Source of the DNA: Octopus vulgaris
Lineage: Eukaryota
DNA length: 64,000 nt
Direction of reading: 5' to 3'
NCBI GenBank assembly: GCA_951406725.2
Contig: OX597820.1
Span: 53,940,001 to 54,004,000 of the forward strand
A program made the translations under genes and the position numbers. Under the pieces are notes generated by a model. That model was not told the DNA's origin. It worked only from the letters and a program-made list of their open reading frames with translations, and made no database searches. Shown here in pieces: positions 43,201 through 54,311 of this stretch (its first letter is position 1; each line of letters starts with the position of its first letter).

Positions 43201-43348
43201 CCCAGGCGTCAAGTTTGACTCCTGCCTGGGTCGAGTTTACAACATCCCGCCAAACAAGCAAGAATGCTTCTACCTCCGTCTCCTTCTACATGAGGTCACT
43301 GGTCCAACAGGTTTCGCCAATATACGTACCGTCAATGGGGTTCTGTGA
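40283..43348 (+). CDS. Helitron RepHel, N-terminal part: NLS-like MPPKKRR, 23-aa STPR-like repeats, Cys cluster and HUH Rep nuclease; ends at an in-frame TGA
   Basis: ATG at 40283, in frame with the ORF-track 39992 frame; CQFC..CCSGGK; Rep motif 1 PDLFITYTCNP (~42182), motif 2 VEWQKRGLPHAH (~42371), motif 3 YVCKYINKG (~42806). Confidence 0.9.
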   Translation: MPPKKRRTLLSPRTAKASAARARRARETHEETALRLSQTASRYAAAQASETISDRSTRLARVAAYRSSLRSRLTKEQQSSQNMRASYCASIRRARENPEQRAIRNVANATSTARTRSVETSQQRRTRQDADAANNAMAKAAETPQQRRTRQAANAANTARARSAETPHQRTIRTSRHAINTASARASEGAEARAERLSRDATAAAVARASESAEARCTRLESINKRRDIIRGVRTPAPAFWLSLAFNYDATINFSLRDDIKIGSMTIVCQFCKAKKWPGEPPGLCCSGGKVDLPPLREPPQPLKDLAAGLTPDSSQFLEIIRKYNCSFQMTSFGAKIPPREGWMPTFKVQGQVYHLIGSLLPDEIQQSSFLQIYFITDYNHQVDARLGIIPGTSYVPRKDILLHLQTMLHDINSYVCSFRYALDSAPSPNFTVVIDADKRPHGEHERRFNAPACNEIAAVIHGEQHNSRDIIISSRGNNLHRISETHRSYDALQYPLLFPYGEDGYHFGIPLRQPSNQTTAASKTVSCRAFYSYRFMVREGEFNLLPRCRQLFNQFAVDMAAKMESERLLYIKLNQTKLRSDSYIHIRDGLQQENDPRNIGKPCILPSTFTGGPRYMRERTQDALTYVRIYGRPDLFITYTCNPSCDEITRELLPGQSHTHRHDIVARVFRLNLGKMKDLIVKGQILGHVRCHMFSVEWQKRGLPHAHILIWLTHKIETNDIDKFISTEIPDPDEDPGLYEIVRTTMVHGPCGPNYANTPCYKNGLACSKGFPKRFTLETQTGGDGYPLYKRRSPANGGRTITVGRHQVDNSYIVLYCPLLSKIFKAHVNVEFCSSIRSIQYVCKYINKGSDAAMFSIQRTTSRDEVSNYLAGRYLSSNEAFWRIYGFPLHQRHPAVVQLAVHLENGQRIYFTEQSAVQIATSPKDTTLTGFFKLCQRDDFARTLLYPQVPSYFVWSKNTWVRRKSGKNVESFPGVKFDSCLGRVYNIPPNKQECFYLRLLLHEVTGPTGFANIRTVNGVL

Positions 43349-45154
43349 GACACCTTCAGGGAAGCATGTATGAGACTTGGCCTTCTAGAGGATGACTCCC
43401 AGTGGGACGCCACGATGGCAGAGGGTGCTTTACTGCAAACGCATTCGGCCCTACGACATCTTTTCGCAATCCTTCTTCAAAAATGTCAGCTTAGTGATCC
43501 ACTAAGTCTCTGGATGAAATACAGGGATGACATGTCGCACGACTTCTTACGTACGGCTCAGCAACACTGCCCTTCCGCCGAGATCACGTTCACCAACTTC
43601 ATTTACAATTTTGCGCTCATTCAACTCGAAGACGCTGTCATCGATATGGGTGGGTCTGCTTTAACAGAGTACGGCCTTCCACCACCCACACGTGAACACG
43701 CCAATGTTATGTCTGCTGAATTGTTACGCGAAACTTCCTACTGCATTGAGGAACTGCACCAGTACGTCCAAGATAATGAACCACGGCTGCTTCCAGACCA
43801 GCGCATAGCCTACAACACCATCGTAGACTCTGTCAGACAGCAACGTGGAAGGATTTTCTTCCTTGATGCACCCGGCGGCACTGGCAAAACCTTCGTCACT
43901 AAACTAATTCTGGCAGAGGTCAGACGCAACACGGACATTGCCCTGGCTGTAGCTTCCTCTGGTATCGCGGCCACGTTGCTTCCGGGTGGCAGAACCGCCC
44001 ACTCTGCCTTCAGACTCCCGCTCGATCTGGCAAAGTCCGAGTCACCTATCTGCAACATCGCCAAGAACTCAGAACAGGCCGACATTCTGCGCAGATGCAA
44101 ACTCATCGTATGGGACGAGTGCACTATGGCACACAAAGGCGCCCTTGAGGCACTGGACAGGTCCCTGCAAGACATCAGAGACTCTACGGCCCCCATGGGA
44201 GGATTAACTTTACTTCTTTCAGGAGACTTCAGGCAGACTCTACCTGTTATTCCAAAAGGAACCCGTGCCGATGCCGTGCGCGCGTGCCTTAAGTCGTCAG
44301 CTCTTTGGGCACATGTGCGGCCCTTGCACCTCCAAACTAACATGCGCGCGCAGTTAATTGGTGACAGCGGATCTGCTGCATTCTCCAGGGACCTCTTATC
44401 GCTCGGTGAAAATAGGATGCTGTCTGATGCGGATGGCTACGTTCAATTGGACTCACTTTGCACCATTGTCGACACCCCTGCTAGCCTCCGGGACGCTGTC
44501 TTCCACGACCTACAAAACAATTTACGCGACCTAAAATGGCTGGCAGGCAGAGCTATTCTCGCACCCAAAAATACAACCGTCAACTCCATCAATATCCAGC
44601 TACTTGAAGCTATTCCTGGTGATGTCCACATCTACAAATCTATAGATAGGACAGCAGACCCCGCCCAGCTTGCCGATTATCCTGTTGAATTCCTGAATTC
44701 ACTTGAACCGCCAGGCCTGCCACCACACATCCTGAAGTTAAAAGTCGGTGCGCCCATTATGCTCATCAGGAATTTGGTTCCACCTAAACAGTGCAACGGC
44801 ACACGTTTGGTTGTGAAACATTTGGCACCACATTTAATAACGGCCACAATACTTACCGGTTGTGGGAAGGGAGAGGACGTCTTCATTCCACGGATGCACC
44901 TTCAACCGTCGGGCGCTGACCTACCAATCCACTTCAGGCGTTCTCAGTTTCCTGTTAAACTCTGCTTCGCAATGTCCATCAATAAATCCCAAGGCCAAAC
45001 GCTACAAGTCGCTGGGTTACATTTGGGCGAACAGTGCTTCGCCCACGGTCAACTCTACGTGGGCTGTTCACGCGTTGGGAGGCGCAATGATGTTTTCATG
45101 TTTTCGCCCAAACGGACAGCTAGGAACACCGTATATACAGAAGTATTCCAGTGA
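43349..45154 (+). CDS. Helitron RepHel, C-terminal part: PIF1-family SF1B helicase, same frame as the upstream ORF
   Basis: TFREAC..LGLLEDD, Walker A DAPGGTGKT, Walker B IVWDEC, GDFRQTLPV, NMR, ILAPKN, SINKSQGQTL, HGQLYVGCSRV. Confidence 0.92.
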   Translation, partial: DTFREACMRLGLLEDDSQWDATMAEGALLQTHSALRHLFAILLQKCQLSDPLSLWMKYRDDMSHDFLRTAQQHCPSAEITFTNFIYNFALIQLEDAVIDMGGSALTEYGLPPPTREHANVMSAELLRETSYCIEELHQYVQDNEPRLLPDQRIAYNTIVDSVRQQRGRIFFLDAPGGTGKTFVTKLILAEVRRNTDIALAVASSGIAATLLPGGRTAHSAFRLPLDLAKSESPICNIAKNSEQADILRRCKLIVWDECTMAHKGALEALDRSLQDIRDSTAPMGGLTLLLSGDFRQTLPVIPKGTRADAVRACLKSSALWAHVRPLHLQTNMRAQLIGDSGSAAFSRDLLSLGENRMLSDADGYVQLDSLCTIVDTPASLRDAVFHDLQNNLRDLKWLAGRAILAPKNTTVNSINIQLLEAIPGDVHIYKSIDRTADPAQLADYPVEFLNSLEPPGLPPHILKLKVGAPIMLIRNLVPPKQCNGTRLVVKHLAPHLITATILTGCGKGEDVFIPRMHLQPSGADLPIHFRRSQFPVKLCFAMSINKSQGQTLQVAGLHLGEQCFAHGQLYVGCSRVGRRNDVFMFSPKRTARNTVYTEVFQ

Positions 45155-45276
45155 AGACAAGACATTGCAACGTCCACATGCACCTTCGTTCCCTGGAGAG
45201 AAAGGACTACATTGGGATTAGTCGTTGCCTACTAGGGGCTCTTACATACCCGGGCAACGCCGGGCTATGCTGCTAG

Positions 45277-45403
<127 letters not shown>

Positions 45404-45450
45404 ATGTATATATATACATATACATGTATATATATATACATATACATGTA

Positions 45451-46860
45451 CAGTTGCGGCCAAAATGTTCAGAACGGCATTGTTTTCGCGAGAAAAGTAG
45501 GTATAAGTTTTTATCAAAGTTGTTTTATGTTCTAGAATTTTCACAGACAATAAATTCGATATTAATTGTTGATTTTGGTGTAATTTAAGAGGATAATACA
45601 AAATTTATGGATGATTTAGTGATTTACTGCAAAACCCATGGCGGCCAAAATGATCAGAACGGTTGAAAAAATAACAAAATAATCAAATATGACAGAGAAT
45701 ACTGGAATTATTTAATATTTAGTGTGAAGCCCTTTAGCTTCAATCACACTTTGACATCTTCGACTGCATGAGGAAATTAAATTTTCAATTTCTTGCTAGG
45801 TGATCTTCTTCCATTCTTCCTGATGGGCATTCCATAATTGCTCGGTTGTTTTAGGATTTCTGGCTTTCGAACGTTCTCCTAGAAAATTCCACACATTTTC
45901 AATAGGATTGAGATCTGGGCTTTGAGCAGGCCAATCCATAATAATAACCTTTTCAGCCTTGAGGAAGTTCATGACCACCTTAGCCTTGTGACATGGGGCA
46001 TTGTCCTGCATGAATATGGGTGGTCGCTTAGTTGAATTTCTCAGCACAGGCAAGACATGATCTTTTACAAGTTGTTTATAAACTCCTGCACTTACCTTTC
46101 CATGTAATCGCACCAAAGGGCCCACACCATCTCCAGATATCATCCCCCAAACCATGACACTTCCTCTACCGAATTTAACAACGAACGTACCTTTTCCCAT
46201 CTGAGCCAAATAACATAAACTTAGATTCATCACTGAAATGCACCGTTTGCCATTTTTCTTGAGACCACAACACATGTTCGGTTGCAAAGGTAAGACGACA
46301 CTTTTTATTTTTGGAGCTGATCAGTGGCTTCACTGCTGGTGATCTTGCTTGTAGGTTATGTTCAACTAAACGATGAGACAAGTTTTTCGAGATAACGTTT
46401 TCTTCAGTACAATGCTCATTTCCCGAGAAAAAGCAGCAGCAGTTTTAAATCTGTCCTTTTTAACCACCTTTACCATAGCACGATCTTCTCTCTTGGTCGT
46501 TTTTCTTGGCCTATCTGTAGATTTTCTTGCTTCACACGAACCACAATCATCGAAGACCTTAAGAATACCGTGAACAACACCGATTGACTTGTTAACAATC
46601 TTTGCAATAGACCCAATACTTAAATTATCCTTCTTTCGAAGCTTAATAATCTGCTGACGAATTGATAACGGAGTAAGAGGCATTATATTAACAAAGTACA
46701 CTGCAGATATTCTTACTAATGTTTAGTAAACGAACCGTCACGTAAACAAATTCAAAACATTAGAGTTCGCCGGTTAAATATACTAAAACATGGAGTAAAA
46801 TCAACCGTTCTGATCATTTTGGCCGCCATGGGTTTTGCAGTAAATCATTAAATCATCCAT
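45451..46860 (-). mobile_element. Tc1-like (DD34E) transposon with IR/DR-type ends; one TIR truncated
   Basis: TA|CAGTTGCGGCCAAAATGTTCAGAACGG outer DR at 45451, inner DR GCGGCCAAAATGATCAGAACGG at 45641; 46801-46860 is the reverse complement of 45607-45666 (1 mismatch), after which homology stops. Confidence 0.9.
45712..46683 (-). pseudogene. Tc1 transposase pseudogene
   Basis: MPLTPLSIRQQII..DRPRKT (GRPR-like), FSDES, SVMVWG, QDNAPCH..SPDLNPIEN (34 residues D to E), C-terminus ..VIEAKGLHTKY*; two frameshifts and a premature TAG at 45796-45798. Confidence 0.9.
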
Positions 46861-47522
46861 TGCTTTACTGGAACTTAATTTTGTTGGAAATGATAATATG
46901 CATAAAATGACATCGGCGATATTTGAACTCGGATGATAAAGAACCAGCAGTAACAGTGAGTTCGCCAATACTTTGGACTAATTTCACTTAATAAGATGAC
47001 TTCATTATCACATGACTACCACGGTTGCGGAAGTCATGATACGACATGCTGGGATCTATTTTATCCCTTCTTCCGGATTAATCAAAGAAATTCGGACGGT
47101 TATCAAAATTTATTGGGAAATTATAAGCTATAATCCAGAAACAGGATTTGGGGAAATCTGATACGGACTGGAGATAGGAAAGCATGAGACGAGGAAGAGT
47201 TGAAATATTGACCAAAAATGCAGCTGTATATCTAAATAAAGGCTGATGTTTGATTGGAGATTTGCCAATAATGCTCAATTAGAAGAGGATAGAACTTTCA
47301 GGAACCACTTCTCGACTGATAGGACAAACTGGATTTTAGAATATTTATGTACAACATGCGGATGTCTATGATTTGGTGGAAGTATATACGGGGACGGGGT
47401 TTGCACGTGTGTAGGTGCGTGAATGTTTGTATAAATGTGTGCGAGCGTTTTGTGCATGTGTACTGCTATATAAATATATACATATACATATATGCATGTG
47501 TGTATGTATATATGTATATATG

Positions 47523-47593
<71 letters not shown>

Positions 47594-47694
47594 GTACAGT
47601 GTGTATGTGTGTGTGTACATGAGACTGTAGATGAGTATATACAAGTACAAAATTACATGTATAAAATATATACGTTCTGTAGATATATATATAT

Positions 47695-47854
47695 GGCGTG
47701 ACTGTGTGGTAAGAATCTTTCTTCCACACCTCATGGTCCAAGGTACAGTCTCACTGCGTAGCACCTTGGACAAGTGTCATGTACTATAGCCTCGGGCCGA
47801 CCAAAGCCCTGTGAGTGGATTCGGTAGACGGAAACTGAAAGAAGACCGTCGTAT

Positions 47855-47898
<44 letters not shown>

Positions 47899-48110
47899 TT
47901 GTGTGTCTGCGTTTGTCCCCCACTACCACCATCGCTTGACTACTGATTTTGGTGTGTTTACGTCCCCCTAACTTAGCGATTCGGCAAAAGAGATCCAATA
48001 GAATAAGTACTAGGCTTACAAAGAATAATGGGATCGATTTGTTGGACTAAAGATGGTGCTCCAGCATGGCCGTAGTCAAATGACAAGTAAAAGAATAAAA
48101 AAATAAAAGA
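47695..48110 (+). mobile_element. tRNA-derived SINE family A copy
   Basis: Head, body and tail align by eye with 28300-28711. Confidence 0.8.
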
Positions 48111-48173
48111 ATATATATATATGCATACATATACACATACATATATATATGTATATATATGTGTGTATACATA

Positions 48174-48244
<71 letters not shown>

Positions 48245-48577
48245 ATATACATATATATATACATATATATATACATATACATATATGTATTGCTATACAT
48301 ATACATATACATAAACGTATGCATCTATGTATGCGTGAGTTTGTGTATAGATAGATATGTACATACATACTCATATGAATGAACATATATTGTATAATAT
48401 GGATACATGTGCGGATGTGGGTATATGCTATGTGTTTCTGTGTCTGCCTATATGAGTACATGCCTATATGCGTACGTGTATGTATTGATATCGTCTATAT
48501 CTATATGATGTTTGTGAGCACTTTTCTTTCTTGTATGTATAATCTGACAAATTGTTCTGTGTTAATATATCTACACT

Positions 48578-48608
<31 letters not shown>

Positions 48609-49060
48609 ACACGTATTCATATACATATACATGCAATGAATTATATGCCAATTGTTTATAAAATGAATTCTAAGACGTTAACGTTTTAGTGGTTAGCTGT
48701 CAATCTGGCGTGATGGAAATATCTCAACATACAGTTGCTGGTAAAAACCGCAGTATATATTGCGCCAGTATTCTTAGAAACTTGATAGTTTCCCGAATTT
48801 GAAATACACCAGTTGGTTTACCAAAGATAATGAATTTATGAATTTTCTAATCGCCTTTGGTCAGTAAACTTCTGCAATACCAGTGATATTATGAGTGTCT
48901 TTAACATATTAACTTCCTCCATAATAAAGATTGTATGAGATTAAATCTATTAAGATGGGCTCGTAAAATCAAAAATAGAATTAATAAGAAAGCTCAACTA
49001 TTTGTTATATAAAAGTGCGTAAACTTTAAGTGTGTTTGTGTGGGAGTATGTGTGTGTGAG

Positions 49061-49513
49061 AGACTACTAACAAATGCGAAGCTTTACAAAACAACCACGA
49101 AACCAACGGTTGAAAATTGTGGACGCCAAAACTGTGGAACCTGCCCCAACCTGCTTGAAGGCTCGGATTTCCTGTTCAAACAAGGACAGAGGTTCACAAT
49201 TAAAACTAGTTTCACTTGTGCCTCTGAGAACCTAATTTATGTAGTAACCTGCTCGGGTTGCGGACACCACTATATTGAACAAACGAGTATGACCTTGAGA
49301 AAGGGAACCACTCTACTTAAAGAGCAAATCCGTTTCCCGCAATACAAATTCCTCTCAGTGAACATATAGAAAAATGTGCAGATAACATCAAACCAAATTT
49401 CACAGTCTTTCCCTTCTACCAATGCAAAGACACAATATCCCCGCAAGAACGTTTAAATAAATAAACTTTTTTTCATTGAAAGATACAAAACACGTCTTAA
49501 TATGCACGCATAA
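49061..49513 (+). pseudogene. Penelope-like element GIY-YIG endonuclease fragment
   Basis: CGRQNCGTC linker Cys motif, then FTCASENLIYVVTCSGCGHHYIEQT..LRK (degenerate GIY-YIG), continuing after a frameshift to ..ERLNK*..FIERYKTRLN. Confidence 0.8.
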
Positions 49514-49767
49514 ACAACTTTTATCTTTTTACATATTTCAATTCACGATTACATCACTGTACATAAATCCCCTCATTAAACAAGGTTTTTGAAACTTGTC
49601 TCTGTCTGTACACATATATATTCCCCTCCCATTACCGAAAACTGAACAGTTATCTCCCTTATCCACAACAATAACAATAATAACGACAACCAATTACCTC
49701 CCTTTATTTATCTACTTGTGAAGTCATTCACTCGTGAATTTCATCACGCACAACATGGACAAAATTT

Positions 49768-49810
<43 letters not shown>

Positions 49811-50461
49811 TATATTATTTTATATATATATGTATTATTTATATTATTACATATAATATATATATGCATATATACATACATATATACACACATACATATA
49901 TTCATACATACGTACATCAAATAATGGGAATTTAAATGATTCTGTCAACTCAGTTGCATACCAGTTGCACTCCGGGATAACATGGTACATAGGAGTGTTA
50001 TCGGTGATGTTTACTATATATTAATCAGTCAATAGAACAAGCAATGCAATATTTACTAGTTAGATTATGTTACGTACTCCGTATGTATGGATGAACAAAA
50101 ACCACAGATATAATATAAAAATCGTGAATTGAATTCAAATATTTTTCAAGTTATGCTATATATGTTTCCATAGCATTGCTATTTATCTGTTATTGATATT
50201 ATACATTCGAAAAGTCCACCTTCAATATCCGGATTACAAATTTACATTCATACCAATAGTAAATGGAGCTCTTAGTTTTGTAAGTAAATGCCTAACTATC
50301 AGTCTGGATGAGACTGAGTTTTCAGAAAAGGAAATCATCAACTGATTCGCACATAACAAATACAATCTGTAAGCAGAACAGTAAAACTATGCAAGATTTT
50401 ACTCGGGTTTAAAATCTGACATTGTTTTGTTATCTATATTCCAAAGATGGAGCTTTGTATT

Positions 50462-50645
50462 TGTTGTGTGGACGCCCCCTGACGATGAAGTAGACTAGCC
50501 CAATACGTAGATAAAGAGGGAGAAGCCTAGATGTCAGGAGAGCACAGTCGAGTAGTAGAGTAGCGGTGAGAGTTGAGTAGCAGCCTATAGTAGAGTAGAG
50601 TGAGAGGAGAGTTGAGTAGAAAGCATCCGAACGTGCGACATAACA
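50462..50645. mobile_element. Solo LTR (184 bp) with 5-bp target-site duplication
   Basis: Begins TGTTGTGT and ends ACATAACA (short inverted termini, TG...CA); GTATT on both sides (50457-50461 and 50646-50650). Confidence 0.75.
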
Positions 50646-50957
50646 GTATTTTGTTAGAAACCAGGTATTCTTTAGGAGAGTTTAACTGATTAAATACGTA
50701 AGAGAATCATACATACATACATACATACATACATACATACATACATACATACATACATACATACATACATACGTATATATTGTTTTCTCTTTATTTTAAC
50801 TTCTTTTTATTCAAGGGTTTAGTCGTCCAGATGGATTGCAGTACTTGCTCTAGAACTTCGTGCATCATCACTTTTAACCGAATTGCTAAGTTACAGGGAC
50901 GAAAAGCCTATGCTGGTCGTCAAGCAAATGGAACTGACACATAAACATGAAAATACA

Positions 50958-50996
<39 letters not shown>

Positions 50997-51498
50997 CACT
51001 CAAGCAGACACACACATCTCCATACGTATACTTATGCATACACTTACATGTGTTTGCGTGTTTATGTATGTTTATACTGCATTGTATGTATGTATGTATG
51101 TATGTATGTATGTATGTATGTATGTGAGTAATTGTATATCTTTGTGTAATTCCCGAGCAGTCATGTTGTTTAATAAAAGCTAGACTGAACCTGCCAGCAG
51201 TGACATTATGTTGTTATTTAATTACTGTCTATATTAATAATTAATTTAGCGTTTGTAGCGATCGATTGTTTATCTTAACGACATTTACTCGAAAATATAG
51301 GAAAATTGTATCATGTCCTCATGTTAAAACTTTCGTCACCTTCTTCCACTCCTGTTTTTATACTCCACATCCATGCTTTTAATTTGGTACTCTTTTCTCT
51401 TTTTATTCACTTTTTTCATTTATATTTCTTTGTATGTTTGACTACGTATTTATGTATGGATGGACGCGTGTGAATATGTGCGTGTATGCGTGTATGTT

Positions 51499-51538
<40 letters not shown>

Positions 51539-51549
51539 CATGTATGTAT

Positions 51550-51925
51550 GGAGGCGTGTGGCTTAGTGGTTAGAGTGATCGACTTATAATCGTTAGACTG
51601 TGGTTTCGATTCCTGGACCGGACGACGCTTTGAGTTTTTGATCAAATCATTTCATTTCACGTTACTTTTTTTCGCTTGCGATACACTTATGTTCTTTTCA
51701 AAATTCGGCGACACACGTGAACAAAAATATAACGAAATGTATGGAGAAAAATTATATTCAGGTTACACTGCGGCACGCCAAGCATCGTCTCGTGGCACAC
51801 TAGGTGTGCCGCAGCATACCCGTTGCAGAGCACTACAGTCTAGTCCACTCGACAGGCAAAGATGAGTAATCCTGAGACAGACCGGCATCCCGTCAAGGGG
51901 AGAAATATGTGCACCACGGAAAGCG
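51550..51925 (+). mobile_element. Degraded tRNA-derived SINE (V-domain-like tail) interrupted by an hAT-MITE-like fragment
   Basis: Head GGAGGCGTGTGGCTTAGTGGTTAGAGTG..GGTTTCGATTCC; tail CCTGAGACAGACCGGCATCCCGTCAAGGGG; the intervening ~51665-51835 contains GCGGCAC..GGCACACTAGGTGTGCCGC..GTTGCAGAGCACT. Confidence 0.45.
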
Positions 51926-51934
51926 GTAAAGCCA

Positions 51935-53480
51935 ATTGATTAGATCGATCCCAGTACGCAACTGGTACTTAACTTATCGACCCCGAAAGGATTAAAGGCA
52001 AAGTCAACCTCTGCGGAATTTGAACTCGGAACGTAACAGCAGACGAAATACGGCTACGCATTTCACCCGGCGTGCTAACGTTTCTGCCAACTCGCCGCCT
52101 TCACGAAGAGATAATATCATCATCAATGAGGCAGCTACGCTACAGAATTTTCCTAGCTACATAACCGAATTTTGAAATTTTTGCTAATGTACCAACATAA
52201 GAATGCATCATCATAAATTAAAATCAACATATTGCTATCAAAATTAGAATCAACCTCAAGCTGTATCTTTTGTAAGAAAAATGAGAAAGAGCAAGGCAGG
52301 TGTTTAACCAAGAGAAGAGTAAGACCTAGTTTTCTGAATAGTGTTATTCTCAAGAAGTTGCATAGAAGTACATGGTACCCAGCCATGATTCATCAACAGA
52401 GCATCAATTGTTTGCGTGGCAGAAATAATAATATTAAGGCGGCAAGCTGGCAGAGACGTTAGCACACCGGGCGAAATGCATAGCGGTATTTCATACGTTC
52501 TGAGTTCAAATTCCGCCGAGGTCGACTTTGCCTGTGATCCTTTCGGGATCGATAAAATAAGTATCAGTTACGCACTGGGGTCAATGTAATCGAATTAATC
52601 CATTTGTCTGTCCTTGTTTGTCCTCTCTATGTTTAACCTCCTGTTGGCAATAAAGAAATAAAAAATAATAATAGTAGGTAATATGGAACAGACATATGAA
52701 AGGAAGTACTCAAGATCTGAGAGGCTCATCGAATCGACTAAAGCACAACGATTGGCAGTGTATTATAGTACTTCGTGTAAGGATGAGTGTCGTAAATTTG
52801 TACAGATCTCCATTGTTCCATCATGGGTATGACAAAAGTATTTGAAACGCCAATATTAAACGCAAAAAGTAAATCGCTGAGTGAATGGATTATGAGGAGC
52901 TAAAATGCATGCTGGGATATTGGCCAGAAGAACCCTGACAATCTCTCGTAATATTAATGCTATGCCGCAGCGCTGCAGAGAGTGTTACTGTGGGAAAGTG
53001 TCAAAATCTTTGTGATGTCTGGTTGATAATTAATGAAAAGAATGTTCCTAAACCTAAGTTATATGTAATTTAGTACATATATATTCTTTTCTACTCTAGG
53101 CACAAGGCCTGGAATTTTGGGGGAGGGGCCGGTCGATTAGATCGACCTCAGTACGCAACTGGTACTTAATTTATCGACCCCGAAAAGATGAAAAGCAAAG
53201 TAGACCTCGGCAGAGTTCGAACTCAGAACGTAAAGACAGACGAAATACCTATTTCTTTACTACTCAGAAGGGGCTAAACACAGAAGGGATAAACAAGGAC
53301 AGACAAACGGATTAAGTCGATTATATCGACCCCAGTGCGTAACTAGTACTTAATTTATCGACCCCGAAAGGATGAAAGGCAAAGTCGACCTTGGCAGAAT
53401 TTGAACTCAGAACGTAACGGCAGACGAAATACCGCTAAGCATTTCACCCAGCGTGTTAACGTTTCTGCCAGCTCGCCGCT
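51935..53480. mobile_element. Nin-type SINE copies (- 51935-52100, + 52437-52660, - tandem 53085-53480)
   Basis: Family head GGCGGCGAGCTGGCAGAAACGTTAGCAC and core motifs present. Confidence 0.8.
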
Positions 53481-53490
53481 TATTAGTACA

Positions 53491-53886
53491 CTAGCAGTAT
53501 CGCCCGGCGTTGCTCGGGTTTGTAAGGGAAATAATTATATAAGCATTTTTAGAGATGTAAAGTATAATAGCCATCTCAATATGGCTAACCACAAAGGGGG
53601 AGGGGTGTTACTGTAGCTTTTTACGTTCTGAGATTTAATAATAAATTTTAGAGAGTTACTTCCCTTATATATGTCAAAAATGGATTAAAAATGGGAAAAA
53701 TTGATGGTAATTTTTTTTTTTAAATCGTAGACTCATCGTAGACGCGCGCTAATACCCAGACGGTCTCGATATGAATCACGACTATAAGATACCCGGTTTT
53801 GGTTAAACTGCACCGCAAAATGTGGGAGTAGTTAGGAATCTAAATCGTAGGAGACAGACACACAACCTCACTTTTATATATAAAGA
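53491..53886 (-). mobile_element. Non-autonomous Helitron (396 bp)
   Basis: Minus strand A|TCTTTATATATAAAAG...CTTACAAACCCGAGCAACGCCGGGCGATACTGCTAG|T. Confidence 0.9.
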
Positions 53887-54052
53887 TTTCCTCTATTTAC
53901 ATAATATTGAGGTCTCTTTCTTTCTTTTGTTATCTTACTGTTTTTACCAATATACATATATATATATATATATATAAATGTATAAATAGTTACAGAGATG
54001 TACTTGCATAGCAAGTGACTTGATCTGAGATCGTGTGCTGGAACGAAAACAG

Positions 54053-54311
54053 TTGCAGCGTTGAAGGTGTTTATAAGCCATTTAAGAAACACACAAAAAC
54101 CGTTAGATTCACTTCAACATTTAAATTTAATTTGTCAAAATATTTTCGTCGCTTTGAGACCGCGACCTGTTAGCACGATATTTTTGTCAGTGAACAGGTC
54201 GCGGTCTCAAAGCGACGAAAATATTTTGGCAAATGAAATTTAAATGTTGAAGTGAATGTAACGGTTTTTGTGTGTTTCTTAAATGGCTTACAAACACCTT
54301 CCACGCTGCAA
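54053..54311. repeat. Long inverted repeat (~119-bp arms, ~21-nt spacer), resembling a Penelope pseudo-LTR inversion
   Basis: TTGCAGCGTTGAAGGTGTTT...CGCGACCTGTT (54053-54171) is inverted at 54193-54311 with few mismatches. Confidence 0.9.
54183..54233 (+). ncRNA. Putative type I minimal hammerhead ribozyme with G3-C8 compensatory core
   Basis: UUUGUCA-[GUGAACA]-G-GUCGC ggucucaaa GCGAC-[GAAA]-AUAU-[UU]-UGGCAAA: 7-bp stem I, 5-bp stem II, palindromic stem III region AAAAUAUUUU. Confidence 0.6.

Larger units (their letters stand above)
39128..45276 (+). mobile_element. Full-length autonomous-type Helitron (6149 bp)
   Basis: 5' A|TCTTCTCTATATATATAAA; 3' hairpin CCCGG-GCAACG-CCGGG (45249-45264) 8 nt before CTAG|T; no TSD; inserted between A and T in an (AT)n tract; encodes RepHel. 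Confidence 0.95.

Noticed and set aside
43346-43348. Selenocysteine recoding of the RepHel UGA
   Set aside because: I could not identify a SECIS-like hairpin in the ~120 nt between the final stop and the element end, and a nonsense mutation is more parsimonious.
40086-45221. Overlapping alternative-frame and antisense ORFs within the Helitron
   Set aside because: Expected shadows of a GC-richer coding region; no recognisable motifs.
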